DNA of 63,879 nt, the filler included, from Octopus bimaculoides (Eukaryota), in the NCBI RefSeq assembly GCF_001194135.2. It is 5 parts of 5 records of this genome, joined end to end, with 100 filler letters (N's around TTAATTAATTAA, not from the genome) between each part and the next. Parts side by side here need not be neighbours in the genome. Positions count along the whole stretch, not along the records: positions 1 to 22,895 come from NC_068985.1; 4 more parts are not named here. The stretch is one strand, 5' to 3'. Positions 1 through 10,390 of the stretch are shown here, one piece after another. Each line of letters opens with the position of its first letter. Position 1 is the stretch's first letter. A model generated the notes under the pieces. That model did no database searches. It saw nothing but the letters and a program-made list of their open reading frames with translations, and was not told where the DNA came from. Position numbers and translations under genes: made by a program.

Positions 1-46
1 AAGCCTTGTGAGAGGATTTGGTAGACGGAAACTGAAAGAAGCCCAT

Positions 47-83
<37 letters not shown>

Positions 84-331
84 GTGTATATCTGTGTGTG
101 TCTTTGTGTCGGTCTTTGTCCCCCACCCCCGTCACCGCTTGACAACCGGTGTTGATGTGTTTACGTTCCCGTGGCTTAGCGGTTCAGCAAAAGAGACTGA
201 TAGAATAAGTACCAAGCTTTAAAAAATTAAGTCTTGGAGTTGGTTCGTTTAACTAAAACCCTTCGAGGCGGTGTTCCAGCATTGGGGCAGTCAAATGACT
301 GAAACCAGTAAAAGAATAAACGAATAAAGAG
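1..331 (+). mobile_element. SINE family A, 5'-truncated by window edge (core, internal TA/TG microsatellite, 3' half)
   Basis: aagccttgtgag..gatttggtagacggaaactgaaagaagccc core and ccagcat..gcagtcaaatgactgaaac..gtaaaagaata tail match the full copies at 13301 and 19950. Confidence 0.85.
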
Positions 332-1053
332 ATAATCCAAATCTATTTTTGAGGTACGAATCCAACAGCTTACTTTAGCTTAACCTATGTATCATTAAAT
401 TAGCAAATTGATATTTTCTATAAAATATGGAACCAAGAGAAAGTAATGCACTTATAAATAAACTTACAATCTATCGACTAAAAAACTTCAGTGCGCATGC
501 TTCAATGTTAGGAACTGGCAGGAAAGTAGAGTCCACAGAGAAACAGCTTAGATATGAAATTCATGGTGAAAGAATTTATTGGTGTGAAGCGCTGAGACAT
601 TATTTTTATCAAACTTCTCAGGTGTAAGAAGCGATTTGTAACTTTGGAACCCTGAATCAACTGGAAAAGAAAAAAGTCGTATTAAAGATCATAATGGAGG
701 GAAAGTGATCCGATGTGTCAGAAGACTATGATTGTTAAGGGATGTTGTTTTGAAAGGCTGTAAATGCAGTGGGTTGATAATAGGTGTCCCTTGTTTTTTT
801 TTGGGGGGGGGGGAGAATGGGATACATTGTAGCATGGTTCTAAAGATTGATACAGGACATTGTAGCGAGAAAATAATCAGAAAGTATGGCAAGAGGATGA
901 GGGTTAGGGTTAGGGTAGGGCTTGTGCGCTTGTTTTCAGGGTAATAAGAGAAGACATTGTTGGAGCTAAAGCCTCTTTGGCTTGAAGTGGCGAATTTCTC
1001 GTATTTGGTGTGCTTGTGTATATTGGTGAAGAGGGATGGTTATGAGGGTATTC

Positions 1054-1105
<52 letters not shown>

Positions 1106-1163
1106 NNNNNNNNNNNNNNNNNNNNNNNNNNNNNNNNNNNNNNNNNNNNNNNNNNNNNNNNNN

Positions 1164-1200
<37 letters not shown>

Positions 1201-1213
1201 CGTTCCGTTTCGT

Positions 1214-4200
1214 TCATTCATCATCCTCATCGGTGTAATTCGACGATTCTGTGTCGCTCGCTTCAGAATCCGAATGAATTCTATGTTTCGTGGTCACCCA
1301 ACGAATCTTGTGATGTGTGTCTTTTGGAGAATTCGTTACATAGACACTAACCACTGGATGGTTTCTCCGTTTCTTTCTTGTTGACTCCTCACCAGATTCA
1401 CAGATTGTTAACGAAACCGTGTCTGAATGATCTGCACATCCTCCGCCTTCTTCTCCGCCTCCTTCTCTTAGTTCTGCAGTTCTTTCTGTTTCTTCTCCTC
1501 CTCCTCCACATAGTTCTGCAATTTCTTCTGCTTCTTCTCCACCTCCTACTCTTATCTCTACAGTTCTTTCGGCTTTTTCTCGACCTTCTCCGCTTATTTT
1601 TATAGTTTTTTCAGCTTCTTCTCCTCCTCCTCCACATAGTTCTGCAATTTTTTCTGCTTCTTCTCCACCTCCTACTCTTAGCTCTACAGCTCTTTCGGCT
1701 TTTTCTCGACCTCCTCCGCTTATTTTTACAGTTTTTTCAGCTTCTTCTCCTCCTCCTCCACATAGTTCTGCAATTTTTTCTGCTTCTTCTCCACCTCCTA
1801 CTCTTAGCTCTACAGTTCTTTCGGCTTTTTCTCGACCTCCTCCGCTTATTTTTACAGCTTTTTCTGTTTCTTCTCCACCTCCTCCACATAGTTCTGCAAT
1901 TTCTTCTTCTGCTTCTTCTCCACCTCCTCCTCTTAGCTCTATAGTTCTTTCGGCTTTTTCTCGACCTCCTCCTCTTACTTTTCCAGTTTTTTCTGCTTCT
2001 TTTCTACCTCCTTTTGTTCGTTCTGTAATTTTTTCTGCTTCTTTTCTACCTCCTTTTGTTCGTTCTGCAATATTTTCTGCTTCTTTTCTACCTCTTTTTG
2101 TTCGTTCTGCAATTTTTTCTGCTTCTTTTCTACCTCTTTTTGTTCGTTCTGCAATATTTTCTGCTTCTTTTCTACCTCCTTTTGTTCGTTCTGCAGTTTT
2201 TTCTGTTTCTTTTCTACCTCCTTTTGTTCGTTCTGCCGTTTTTTCAGCTTTTTCTTCACCTCCTTCTCCTAGTTTTACAGGTCTTTCAACATTACTATCG
2301 CTCTCATTTACTGCAGCATCAGGAGTGGGTGTCACATTTGGCTCAGCCTTTGTTTCTTCTTTTACTGTTACTACATTTTCTTCGTTTTCCGGACGATTTT
2401 TCAGTCTGTCAAAAATTTGTTCCATGTCGTTTAAAAGTCTTTCTGCTTTCTCTCTCAGTTCAGTGCAGTTCTCACTTTTCGGTAAGTTAATCAGTAGTGG
2501 TATTCCAGTGTTAGGATAACTCACACTAGTTGAACAAGAAGTCAGCGGCATCCCAACTTTTACCACTATTTCATCTTTAGTTTTCACCGGGTCACTGTCA
2601 CTTAGCATTGAAGTTGTACTCTCTGATCCTAGCTCGTTAGCTCTCTGTTGCATCCTCTGCACGTTCAGTAGGATCGTCTCCACCTTTTCTATCGTTGTTA
2701 TATTCGCATCTTTGTCCCGTTCAATTATATTCTCATTTGATAATACCATTCTCGGACTTTCTGAACCATACACGGTGCTCAACCTATCACATATTCTGTT
2801 CACATCCTTTAGAAGTCTCTCCACTTTAGCTATTGTATTTGAATCGCTGTTTGAACTTATACTCGGAACTAAAGGCAATTTCTCACCCACGCTTATCTCC
2901 GTCTGCATTGCGAAATCTCCAGTGCCAGTTTCTTTTGCTGTTGAAGTTTCGGTCTGGAAAATTTTATTCAAAACACTTACATTTTTATTATCCGATGAAG
3001 CAAATAGACTTCTGATTCTACCGTCGGAATTTAAAGTCACTGAGCTCATCATTCGTATACGTTCAGTTCCATCACCGCGGTTTAAATGTTGTAATGACAA
3101 ACTTCGCTCGATTTCATTCGGCAAACGTGGAAAATCATCACAAGTCTTCAAGAGCCAGTCTGTGTAGGCCTCCAAGCATTGACTCTGCCTCGTGGAAGAA
3201 TCCTCGTTAGATTTTATTTCTAGATCACCAACAGATTTTTCATCTGGATGTCCAGTCCAAGTCACTGCATTTTCAATCACTTGATAATCTGGAGGTTCAC
3301 CTCTGATTAATGTCCGAGCTTCTGGTGTAAAACACCACAGGACAGGTTTAGATGGGATTTTGTACATTGAATTACCGCGGTTGAGTAAAAAATGATCCAT
3401 ATTCATACCTGTCCGCTTTTCTTCCAGACTGATGCCATGTGGTTCGGGTTTTCGCGGTTTACAATCTGCGCATTTTGCTATGCGATGAAGCTTTCCATTC
3501 TTACAGATGGAATCAATGACGGGACAATTTGATAACACATTCTGATAATAGTCTTTTGTTAATCTACTCATCAAAGGCAAGATCTTCAGTTCAGTTCCAC
3601 TCATCACATGAAATCTAACGGTTTTCACCAATCTTTGGAAATGCTCTGACCTATTTACTACGTCATAATATATCCACTTAAGTATTCCATCCAAAACTTG
3701 GATCTCCCATTCCACCACTAAACTATCATGTGAAAGTAAGAAGTTGATCTTATTGACACTTAACCTGTCGAACAGCTCGTGTTTATAGACTTTCTGGTAA
3801 TTGTACAAGATATAATTTATGGCACTTCGAAAGACTTTGTTACATGGAGGATTAGGTTCAATTTCAATGATGGCCATTGCTTCCTCGATGTTCATTTGCT
3901 TAATAAAATTTCGGCATAGTTTCAATACACTGTCCATTTCCAACTTCTGAGCAGCCATTGATATTGCTGTGATATTGCAGACGTCAATATTGATCTTTCC
4001 TGTATAGACGTAATCCAATAGGTTCTGGAATGTATCTGGATCGATGTCGTTTAATTTCAAGAAGAGTTGTCTGTTTAATTTGTCCTCTTGTTGTATCAGC
4101 CTCTTGAATGCTCTACTGTGACAAGCGAGTATCGTCTGGTGAGCGGAGAAGATTCGGTCGGCTACCTTTATAGTAATGTTACACAGATATTCTGTTGAGC

Positions 4201-4324
4201 GAAACATTTGCATCATCATGCAAGTATTCATAGTCTGGTTTAGAGCTTTGTTATCAACTGTCGAAGGTGCAGTACTGCCGATTAAAGCCGGCGTGTCTTG
4301 ATATTTGGATTCAACAGATCCCAT
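1214..4324 (-). CDS. Single-exon BTB-BACK domain protein (KLHL/KBTBD-like N-terminus, no Kelch repeats) with MGSVESK N-myristoylation motif and long repetitive charged C-terminus, 1036 aa
   Basis: Uninterrupted 3.1-kb ORF. BTB signature (CNITIKVADRIFSAHQTILACHS...FQNLLDYVYTGKINI...AAQKLEMDSVLKLCRNFI) is followed by BACK (LLSHDSLVVEWEIQVLDGILKWIYYD...LVKTVRFHVM). Confidence 0.92.
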   Translation of the reverse strand: MGSVESKYQDTPALIGSTAPSTVDNKALNQTMNTCMMMQMFRSTEYLCNITIKVADRIFSAHQTILACHSRAFKRLIQQEDKLNRQLFLKLNDIDPDTFQNLLDYVYTGKINIDVCNITAISMAAQKLEMDSVLKLCRNFIKQMNIEEAMAIIEIEPNPPCNKVFRSAINYILYNYQKVYKHELFDRLSVNKINFLLSHDSLVVEWEIQVLDGILKWIYYDVVNRSEHFQRLVKTVRFHVMSGTELKILPLMSRLTKDYYQNVLSNCPVIDSICKNGKLHRIAKCADCKPRKPEPHGISLEEKRTGMNMDHFLLNRGNSMYKIPSKPVLWCFTPEARTLIRGEPPDYQVIENAVTWTGHPDEKSVGDLEIKSNEDSSTRQSQCLEAYTDWLLKTCDDFPRLPNEIERSLSLQHLNRGDGTERIRMMSSVTLNSDGRIRSLFASSDNKNVSVLNKIFQTETSTAKETGTGDFAMQTEISVGEKLPLVPSISSNSDSNTIAKVERLLKDVNRICDRLSTVYGSESPRMVLSNENIIERDKDANITTIEKVETILLNVQRMQQRANELGSESTTSMLSDSDPVKTKDEIVVKVGMPLTSCSTSVSYPNTGIPLLINLPKSENCTELREKAERLLNDMEQIFDRLKNRPENEENVVTVKEETKAEPNVTPTPDAAVNESDSNVERPVKLGEGGEEKAEKTAERTKGGRKETEKTAERTKGGRKEAENIAERTKRGRKEAEKIAERTKRGRKEAENIAERTKGGRKEAEKITERTKGGRKEAEKTGKVRGGGREKAERTIELRGGGGEEAEEEIAELCGGGGEETEKAVKISGGGREKAERTVELRVGGGEEAEKIAELCGGGGEEAEKTVKISGGGREKAERAVELRVGGGEEAEKIAELCGGGGEEAEKTIKISGEGREKAERTVEIRVGGGEEAEEIAELCGGGGEETERTAELREGGGEEGGGCADHSDTVSLTICESGEESTRKKRRNHPVVSVYVTNSPKDTHHKIRWVTTKHRIHSDSEASDTESSNYTDEDDE
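1448..2248 (-). repeat. Coding 42-bp (14-aa) tandem repeat, 19 units; the later part is organised as a 126-bp higher-order repeat
   Basis: Units such as AEKTAERTKGGRKE, AERTVELRVGGGEE, AEKIAELCGGGGEE and AEKTVKISGGGREK read directly from the ORF. Confidence 0.95.
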
Positions 4325-4372
4325 TTAATACAAATGAATGACTAAAGTAATGAGCAGACAGACAGACAGACG

Positions 4373-4373
<1 letters not shown>

Positions 4374-4438
<65 letters not shown>
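4374..4438. repeat. (GATA)n microsatellite upstream of the BTB-BACK ATG
   Basis: Direct inspection. Confidence 0.95.
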
Positions 4439-4551
4439 GGCGGGTCGAGTGAGGTTAAGAGTTTTGTGTGTACGTGTGAGTATATTTGTTAAGATATGAG
4501 ACTTTCGAATGCTTCTAGAAAATCTCTGTAGATCAAGCGTTGAGTTTAGCC

Positions 4552-4564
4552 CAAGATGGCTGCC
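4552..4564. promoter_or_regulatory. YY1-like motif CAAGATGGCTGCC, possible promoter-proximal element of the BTB-BACK gene
   Basis: Resembles the YY1 consensus CAAGATGGCGGC; about 230 bp upstream of the ATG; motif match only. Confidence 0.25.
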
Positions 4565-5230
4565 AAAAGTGAGATAGATCGAGAGAGAGAGAGGGGGGGA
4601 GAAAGTGATTCACTATTGCAACAGTAGTGCAAAAATAGGGATATTGACAAAAATCTATAATTATATAATGCTCGTTGCCAATTTTCTATTAGAATGTTTT
4701 TTTAGAGTCGTACTTAAAAGTTCATTTTGTTTGCGTGTGTATATATATCTGTGATTGAGTGTCTGCAAGTGTGAGTGTGCATGTATGTATGTATGTGTGT
4801 ATGTGTGTCTGTGTGTATGTAGGTACATAGGTAGTACTTGATTCTGCGTTTCTAATATACACATATATACGTATGTGTACGTATTTAAATGTTCTTGCCC
4901 TCGTTTCAGTCACGCTGGGTAACGTAAACTAGGATGCATGTATTATCCATCTGATGCGTATCGATCTATGCATTATGTGTGTATGTGTGTGCGTGTGTGT
5001 GTGTGCGTGTGAGTGTGTGTGTACGTATGAAAATTCCTTTAGACTCCACCAGAATATATCATGAATTCCTCGATATTGTATAAAGCCATATGATTAAACA
5101 ATCCAAGACATTGTGTTCCTTCTTTCAATGTTTCTTCAGAATATGGAAACAGTTGAGAAACCGAAATAAAATATTCAAATTAAACAGAAACAAACAAAAA
5201 AAAGAACAAAAACAAAAGCAGTAAAAGAAA

Positions 5231-5350
5231 TATCGAGATACACCACGTGTACCTCTGCTTTTGAATGTCTGTGATAGCCACGTGACATGTGTGGCGCGAA
5301 ATTTATAAGTATTTTCCATAGTTACCAATAACGTATGCCTCGCGAGTCGC
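5231..5350. promoter_or_regulatory. CpG-rich promoter-like motif cluster (two CACGTG E-boxes, E2F-like GGCGCGAAA, CTCGCGAG)
   Basis: CACGTG at 5244 and 5279, GGCGCGAAA at 5293, CTCGCGAG at 5339, in an otherwise CpG-poor background. Confidence 0.3.
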
Positions 5351-5430
5351 CATCACTTGTTCGCTATTCTAGTTTCAGATACTTTTCGTTTTATTATTCA
5401 TGTTGTGTGTATATGTGTGTGTGTGTGTCT

Positions 5431-5467
<37 letters not shown>

Positions 5468-5468
5468 T

Positions 5469-5503
<35 letters not shown>

Positions 5504-6333
5504 CATGTGTGTATGTATGTATATATGTATATATGTATATATGTATATATATATNNNNNNNNNNNNNNNNNNNNNNNNNNNNNNNNNNNNNNNNNNNNNN
5601 NNNNNNNNNNNNNNNNNNNNNNNNNNNNNNNNNNNNNNNNNNNNNNNNNNNNNNNNNNNNNNNNNNNNNNNNNNNNNNNNNNNNNNNNNNNNNNNNNNNN
5701 NNNNNNNNNNNNNNNNNNNNNNNNNNNNNNNNNNNNNNNNNNNNNNNNNNNNNNNNNNNNNNNNNNNNNNNNNNNNNNNNNNNNNNNNNNNNNNNNNNNN
5801 NNNNNNNNNNNNNNNNNNNNNNNNNNNNNNNNNNNNNNNNNNNNNNNNNNNNNNNNNNNNNNNNNNNNNNNNNNNNNNNNNNNNNNNNNNNNNNNNNNNN
5901 NNNNNNNNNNNNNNNNNNNNNNNNNNNNNNNNNNNNNNNNNNNNNNNNNNNNNNNNNNNNNNNNNNNNNNNNNNNNNNNNNNNNNNNNNNNNNNNNNNNN
6001 NNNNNNNNNNNNNNNNNNNNNNNNNNNNNNNNNNNNNNNNNNNNNNNNNNNNNNNNNNNNNNNNNNNNNNNNNNNNNNNNNNNNNNNNNNNNNNNNNNNN
6101 NNNNNNNNNNNNNNNNNNNNNNNNNNNNNNNNNNNNNNNNNNNNNNNNNNNNNNNNNNNNNNNNNNNNNNNNNNNNNNNNNNNNNNNNNNNNNNNNNNNN
6201 NNNNNNNNNNNNNNNNNNNNNNNNNNNNNNNNNNNNNNNNNNNNNNNNNNNNNNNNNNNNNNNNNNNNNNNNNNNNNNNNNNNNNNNNNNNNNNNNNNNN
6301 NNNNNNNNNNNNNNNNNNNNNNNNNNNNNNNNN

Positions 6334-6413
<80 letters not shown>

Positions 6414-6417
<4 letters not shown>

Positions 6418-7157
6418 TACGAATGAGGAGTGACCTGAAGATAGAGACAGAAGCATTGATATGCGCAGCTCAAGAACAAGCGTTAAGGGCCAACTACGTT
6501 AAGTGCAGGACAGACAACACTACTGACAGCGACAAATGCAGAATGTGTGGTGAGAGGGGTGAAACGGTATGGCACATCGTTAGCGAACGCCCGAAATTGG
6601 TACAATGCGAATACAACTGACGCCATGACAATGTGGCAAGTATGATCCATTTGGGAGCTCTATGGAAATCACGACCTACAAAGAGTAAAGATGTGGTATG
6701 AGAAAACCCCAGAAGGATTCACTGAGAATGAGAATAGCAAAATTCTGTGGGATGCAATGATCCAGTGCGATCATCTGACCAGACATCGGAAACCGGACAT
6801 TGTTGAGGTGAATAAAAAAGAAAGAACATGCATGGTAATGGATAACAGGATCAATGTGAAAGAAGAAAAAATGAACAACTATGACGATTTAAAGTGGGAT
6901 ATACGAAGATTGAGGTCAATGAAGAGAGTAAACGTGATTCCAATAGTAACTGGTGTGCTTGGAGGCATCAGCCCTCAACTACCAATATGGCCAAAACTTA
7001 CTGGTGCAAGTGTGAAGGTAGGACACCTACAAAAATCAGCATTGATTGGAAATGCAACAATTCTTCACAGGTTTCTTAAAACATGACCAGTAAAACAACT
7101 GTCACAGCTGACACTTTCCAGCATACCCAGCAAAAAAAAACTGTGAGTTTTCATCAC

Positions 7158-7160
<3 letters not shown>
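6414..7160 (+). mobile_element. R4/Dong-type non-LTR retrotransposon 3' end (zinc knuckle plus restriction-like endonuclease), degraded
   Basis: DLKIETEALICAAQEQAL, CRMCGERGETVWHIVS, RHDNV and KILWDAMIQCDHLTRHRKPDIV motifs; ends directly on (TAA)n. Confidence 0.88.

Positions 7161-7227
<67 letters not shown>
7160..7227. repeat. (TAA)n microsatellite
   Basis: Direct inspection. Confidence 0.97.
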
Positions 7228-7229
<2 letters not shown>

Positions 7230-7799
7230 CCCGGATGCAGTACCAGGAAGTGTTATCATGTACATTGTTTTGTCTTGGTATAAAAGATGGGCTACAGCAA
7301 ATATTCTGCTTAATACCACAGATTTGCTTGTCAGTTGTTTGACCTTAACCAGTTGAGCATGTCCCTTGGTGGCTGACGATATGTGCATCTCTGATCTTGA
7401 GCGGAAGTAGTTGGGGAGCATCATAGCCATGTGTTGAGAGGAATTCTTTCGGGTTTGAATAATTCATCTTTGGAAACATGGGTGTTTTGCTCAACATCCT
7501 TAAACAAACCGNNNNNNNNNNTTTGGAAACATGGGTGTTTTGCTCAACATCCTTAAACAAACCGTATTCAGGGAACTTTTGAGCGGGATGGGCTACTCAA
7601 CCTGAAGAAAATTCTAACTGGTCCACACCTGCGAGGTCATGCGCTGTTTATCTTGATATGAGATCACCATGTTGCGCACATATGGTTGTGATGCATGTGC
7701 CTGGTGTACCCTTATCAGACGGGTAGTCATGATGGGTATAATGGGTTTCGTATATTTTACCCCAGAGTCACTTTGATGGCATGCCCTGCTCTCTCAGTC
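7228..7799 (+). repeat. Unclassified 570-bp non-coding element bounded by (TAA)n tracts
   Basis: Higher GC than the flanks, no convincing ORF, no tRNA-like head, TAA tracts on both sides; repeat status is inferred. Confidence 0.45.
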
Positions 7800-7844
<45 letters not shown>

Positions 7845-8470
7845 TGTTTACTTTTTTCACTTGAAAGAAAGTACCCGCCTACTTTGATAGAATGTGGAAT
7901 AGAACGCGCCAAAGATGTAGGTATTGTAGAATTATGAATGATCAAAAACAGTTCAGATACACTCAAAACTCTATCTACAATCGCAACACGCAACTTAAGA
8001 AAGAAACTTTCAACATTATCTATCAAAACATATTATTATTGAGCCAAGAGCCAAAAGTGAAAAAGGAACTTGAATCATACGAAATAACTAAAGGTAAAAT
8101 ACAACTAAAATTCCTTTAAAGACTTCTTAACAGCGCAAAACTGCAAAACTGCAGAATCAACTCCAACAGTTAAAAAGGGTAGCCGCTTAATATATGCCAT
8201 CAAATGCAATGGATGCGGTGAAGATTACATTGGACAGACCAAACTCACCTTAAGAGTGACGTGAACGATTCGTCGACACCAAATACAAGATCTAGGGGAC
8301 AGGACAAATCTCACTCGGTGAAAATTTGAACATATGCGCAACAATCAAATTTCCTGAATTCCTTGTCTTCTCACTTTATCAGTGTGCAGAGAATACCTCA
8401 GCCCAAATACGAATAAGTTAATAAAATTCCTCGATTAAAAAATACAAACTACGGCTGAATAGGTTATAAA
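7845..8470 (+). mobile_element. Penelope-like element 3' part (RT thumb/linker plus GIY-YIG endonuclease), degraded
   Basis: YPPTLIECGIERAK, LIYAIKCNGCGEDYIGQT (GIY-YIG) and terminal IKKYKLRLN motifs. Confidence 0.82.
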
Positions 8471-9258
8471 AACATCAATAATACACGGTTCGCCATTCAC
8501 TTTGAATGCTATCCATGGTTGATTAAAAACCCCTTTTGATGAAAGCAATACATATCTCTCATTTCAGTTCATTAATTACACCTTAATTTTGGGCATAGCA
8601 AATTTCACTTAACTTCATTTCATTTTCACAGATTTTCGCTAAGTTTTCTTTACGATTCTTTGTGTGTGTGTGTGTGTGTGTGTGGTGTATTTGATTAACT
8701 TTGGTTTATCTAACACATACGCACGCGCGGGGAAACGCCCAAATCTTTTCTGTTCTGTTAACACAACATATTTAAATGGATGTTATGAAAATTTAGGAAC
8801 CAAACCATTCTTTTTTATGCATTTCAGATTTTTCTGCAATTTTAACTGCGGTTATTCATAAGTTATGCACGCCAAATAGTTTTAAAATAACATTTCTTTT
8901 TCGACCATTTTGACCACATTTTGATAAGGAAGATGGAACCATTCACAAAAAGCATATACAACACAAAAATAGATACACTATGCCTTGGCTAAATAAGATA
9001 TTAATTGTTCCCACAACTACCGAACACAACCAGAAAACTAAAACAACCTTAAATTTGGCCGCGATTTTCTTCTTTCATATCGTCTGACTAACACGTAACA
9101 TATCTACAGTACTAGAGCTTTGACGTGGCCTTACTGCGCGGCTATCAAATGATCTTAATACACAGACGTAACGAAAGACTAACCGAAAGTTCCTTTATTT
9201 CACCACATGACCATCCTGAGCGAGAAACATGTAGCAGCAGTACCGGGTAGTAACGTCA

Positions 9259-9370
<112 letters not shown>

Positions 9371-10045
9371 CTATCTANNNNNNNNNNGGGGGGGATCGCT
9401 AGATGATAGATCGATAGCCACTACACATTCTTTTTTTCTCTCCTTCTTTCTTTCTGTGTTCCTTTCTGTGGAAGAGCGTAGGCTCGAAGCGTTAAAGACT
9501 TTTTCACTTTCCGAGCGTTATACTAATACATCTGTCTGTTGTCTACACCACCTGTCTTCGTCTTTTGCTTTTTTTTGTGAATTCTCCCCTATATATATAT
9601 ATATATATTATATATAGCTAACGACTTCCCGCTGTGCCACCATCTTGTGGGCTCCAGAAAACTAGCAGAAACCTCCTAAAATGTAAACAGGGCCCGAAAA
9701 TCTTCGTTCTGAAGTTAAAGATGCCCTCTGGTTCTTGTGAGTCTTTTCGGATTCTCACGCGTTCAGCTATGCATAACTTACAACCTTTCGTCCCGTTGAT
9801 GTAGGGGTTTGGGTTCTCAAGGATTTTTCACGAGATTGAGTATGGAATCCCATCGTCTCTTAGTTGCCAGACGTGGCTGGCCAATGATGTTATGCATCTC
9901 CTTTCTGGAACTCTGAAGGTGGACCTGTGGTTGGAGAGACGTTGCTTGAAAGAGTTCCCGGAACATCTACTGTATCTCCGTAGACGTGTATTGTCGGTGC
10001 TGTACCTATTAGTGTTGTTGCTGTTGCTGCTGCTGCTGCTGCTGC

Positions 10046-10094
<49 letters not shown>

Positions 10095-10139
10095 GCCGCC
10101 GCCGACATTGTTGTTGTTGGAGCTGGAACTGCTGGTGTT

Positions 10140-10390
10140 ACCATCGAGATACTGTTGCAGGGGATATGTCCATTTTGTAAGGCCCTGAAGTGGGTCGGAG
10201 AATCCAGTGGCCTATGCTGCTCAAACGGAAAGGTTCGCTTGCCTGACCTGCAAAACACTCCTCAGCCTTTCCTCTCTTTACCCTTTGGTCAATACTCTGA
10301 TTCGCAGCAATTTATACAGAGTATTCGCACTGGAACTCTGCCTTCCAGATGACCAGTTTCGGTCACAAACCCATTTATAAAGACTCCTAT
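10140..10390 (+). mobile_element. Helitron Rep N-terminal zinc-binding fragment, frameshifted
   Basis: CPFCKALKWVGESSGLCCSNGKVRLPDL...QQFIQSIR then NSAFQMTSFG, characteristic of Helitron Rep proteins. Confidence 0.85.

Noticed and set aside
1378-2490. Overlapping ORFs (KKQKKLQNEQKEVE repeat in another frame; Leu/Phe-rich antisense ORFs)
   Set aside because: A 42-bp unit is a multiple of 3, so alternative frames stay open automatically; they do not extend beyond the repeat
5335-6620. Long ORFs across N runs and microsatellites (also 11134-12815, 27735-28460, 31790-32866, 42041-43126, 55866-56681, 59666-60121)
   Set aside because: Made of X residues and HTYI/CVCV/IYIY translations of simple repeats
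7364-7410. CTGACGA motif suggesting a hammerhead in the orphan element
   Set aside because: Followed by GAAG rather than GAAA, with no closing helix II or helix III
7469-7563. About 42-bp direct repeat around a 10-N gap
   Set aside because: Typical unmerged contig overlap, an assembly artefact
9890-10258. ORFs with poly-T/A or poly-L tracts
   Set aside because: Translations of a (GTT)/(GCT) microsatellite next to the Helitron fragment
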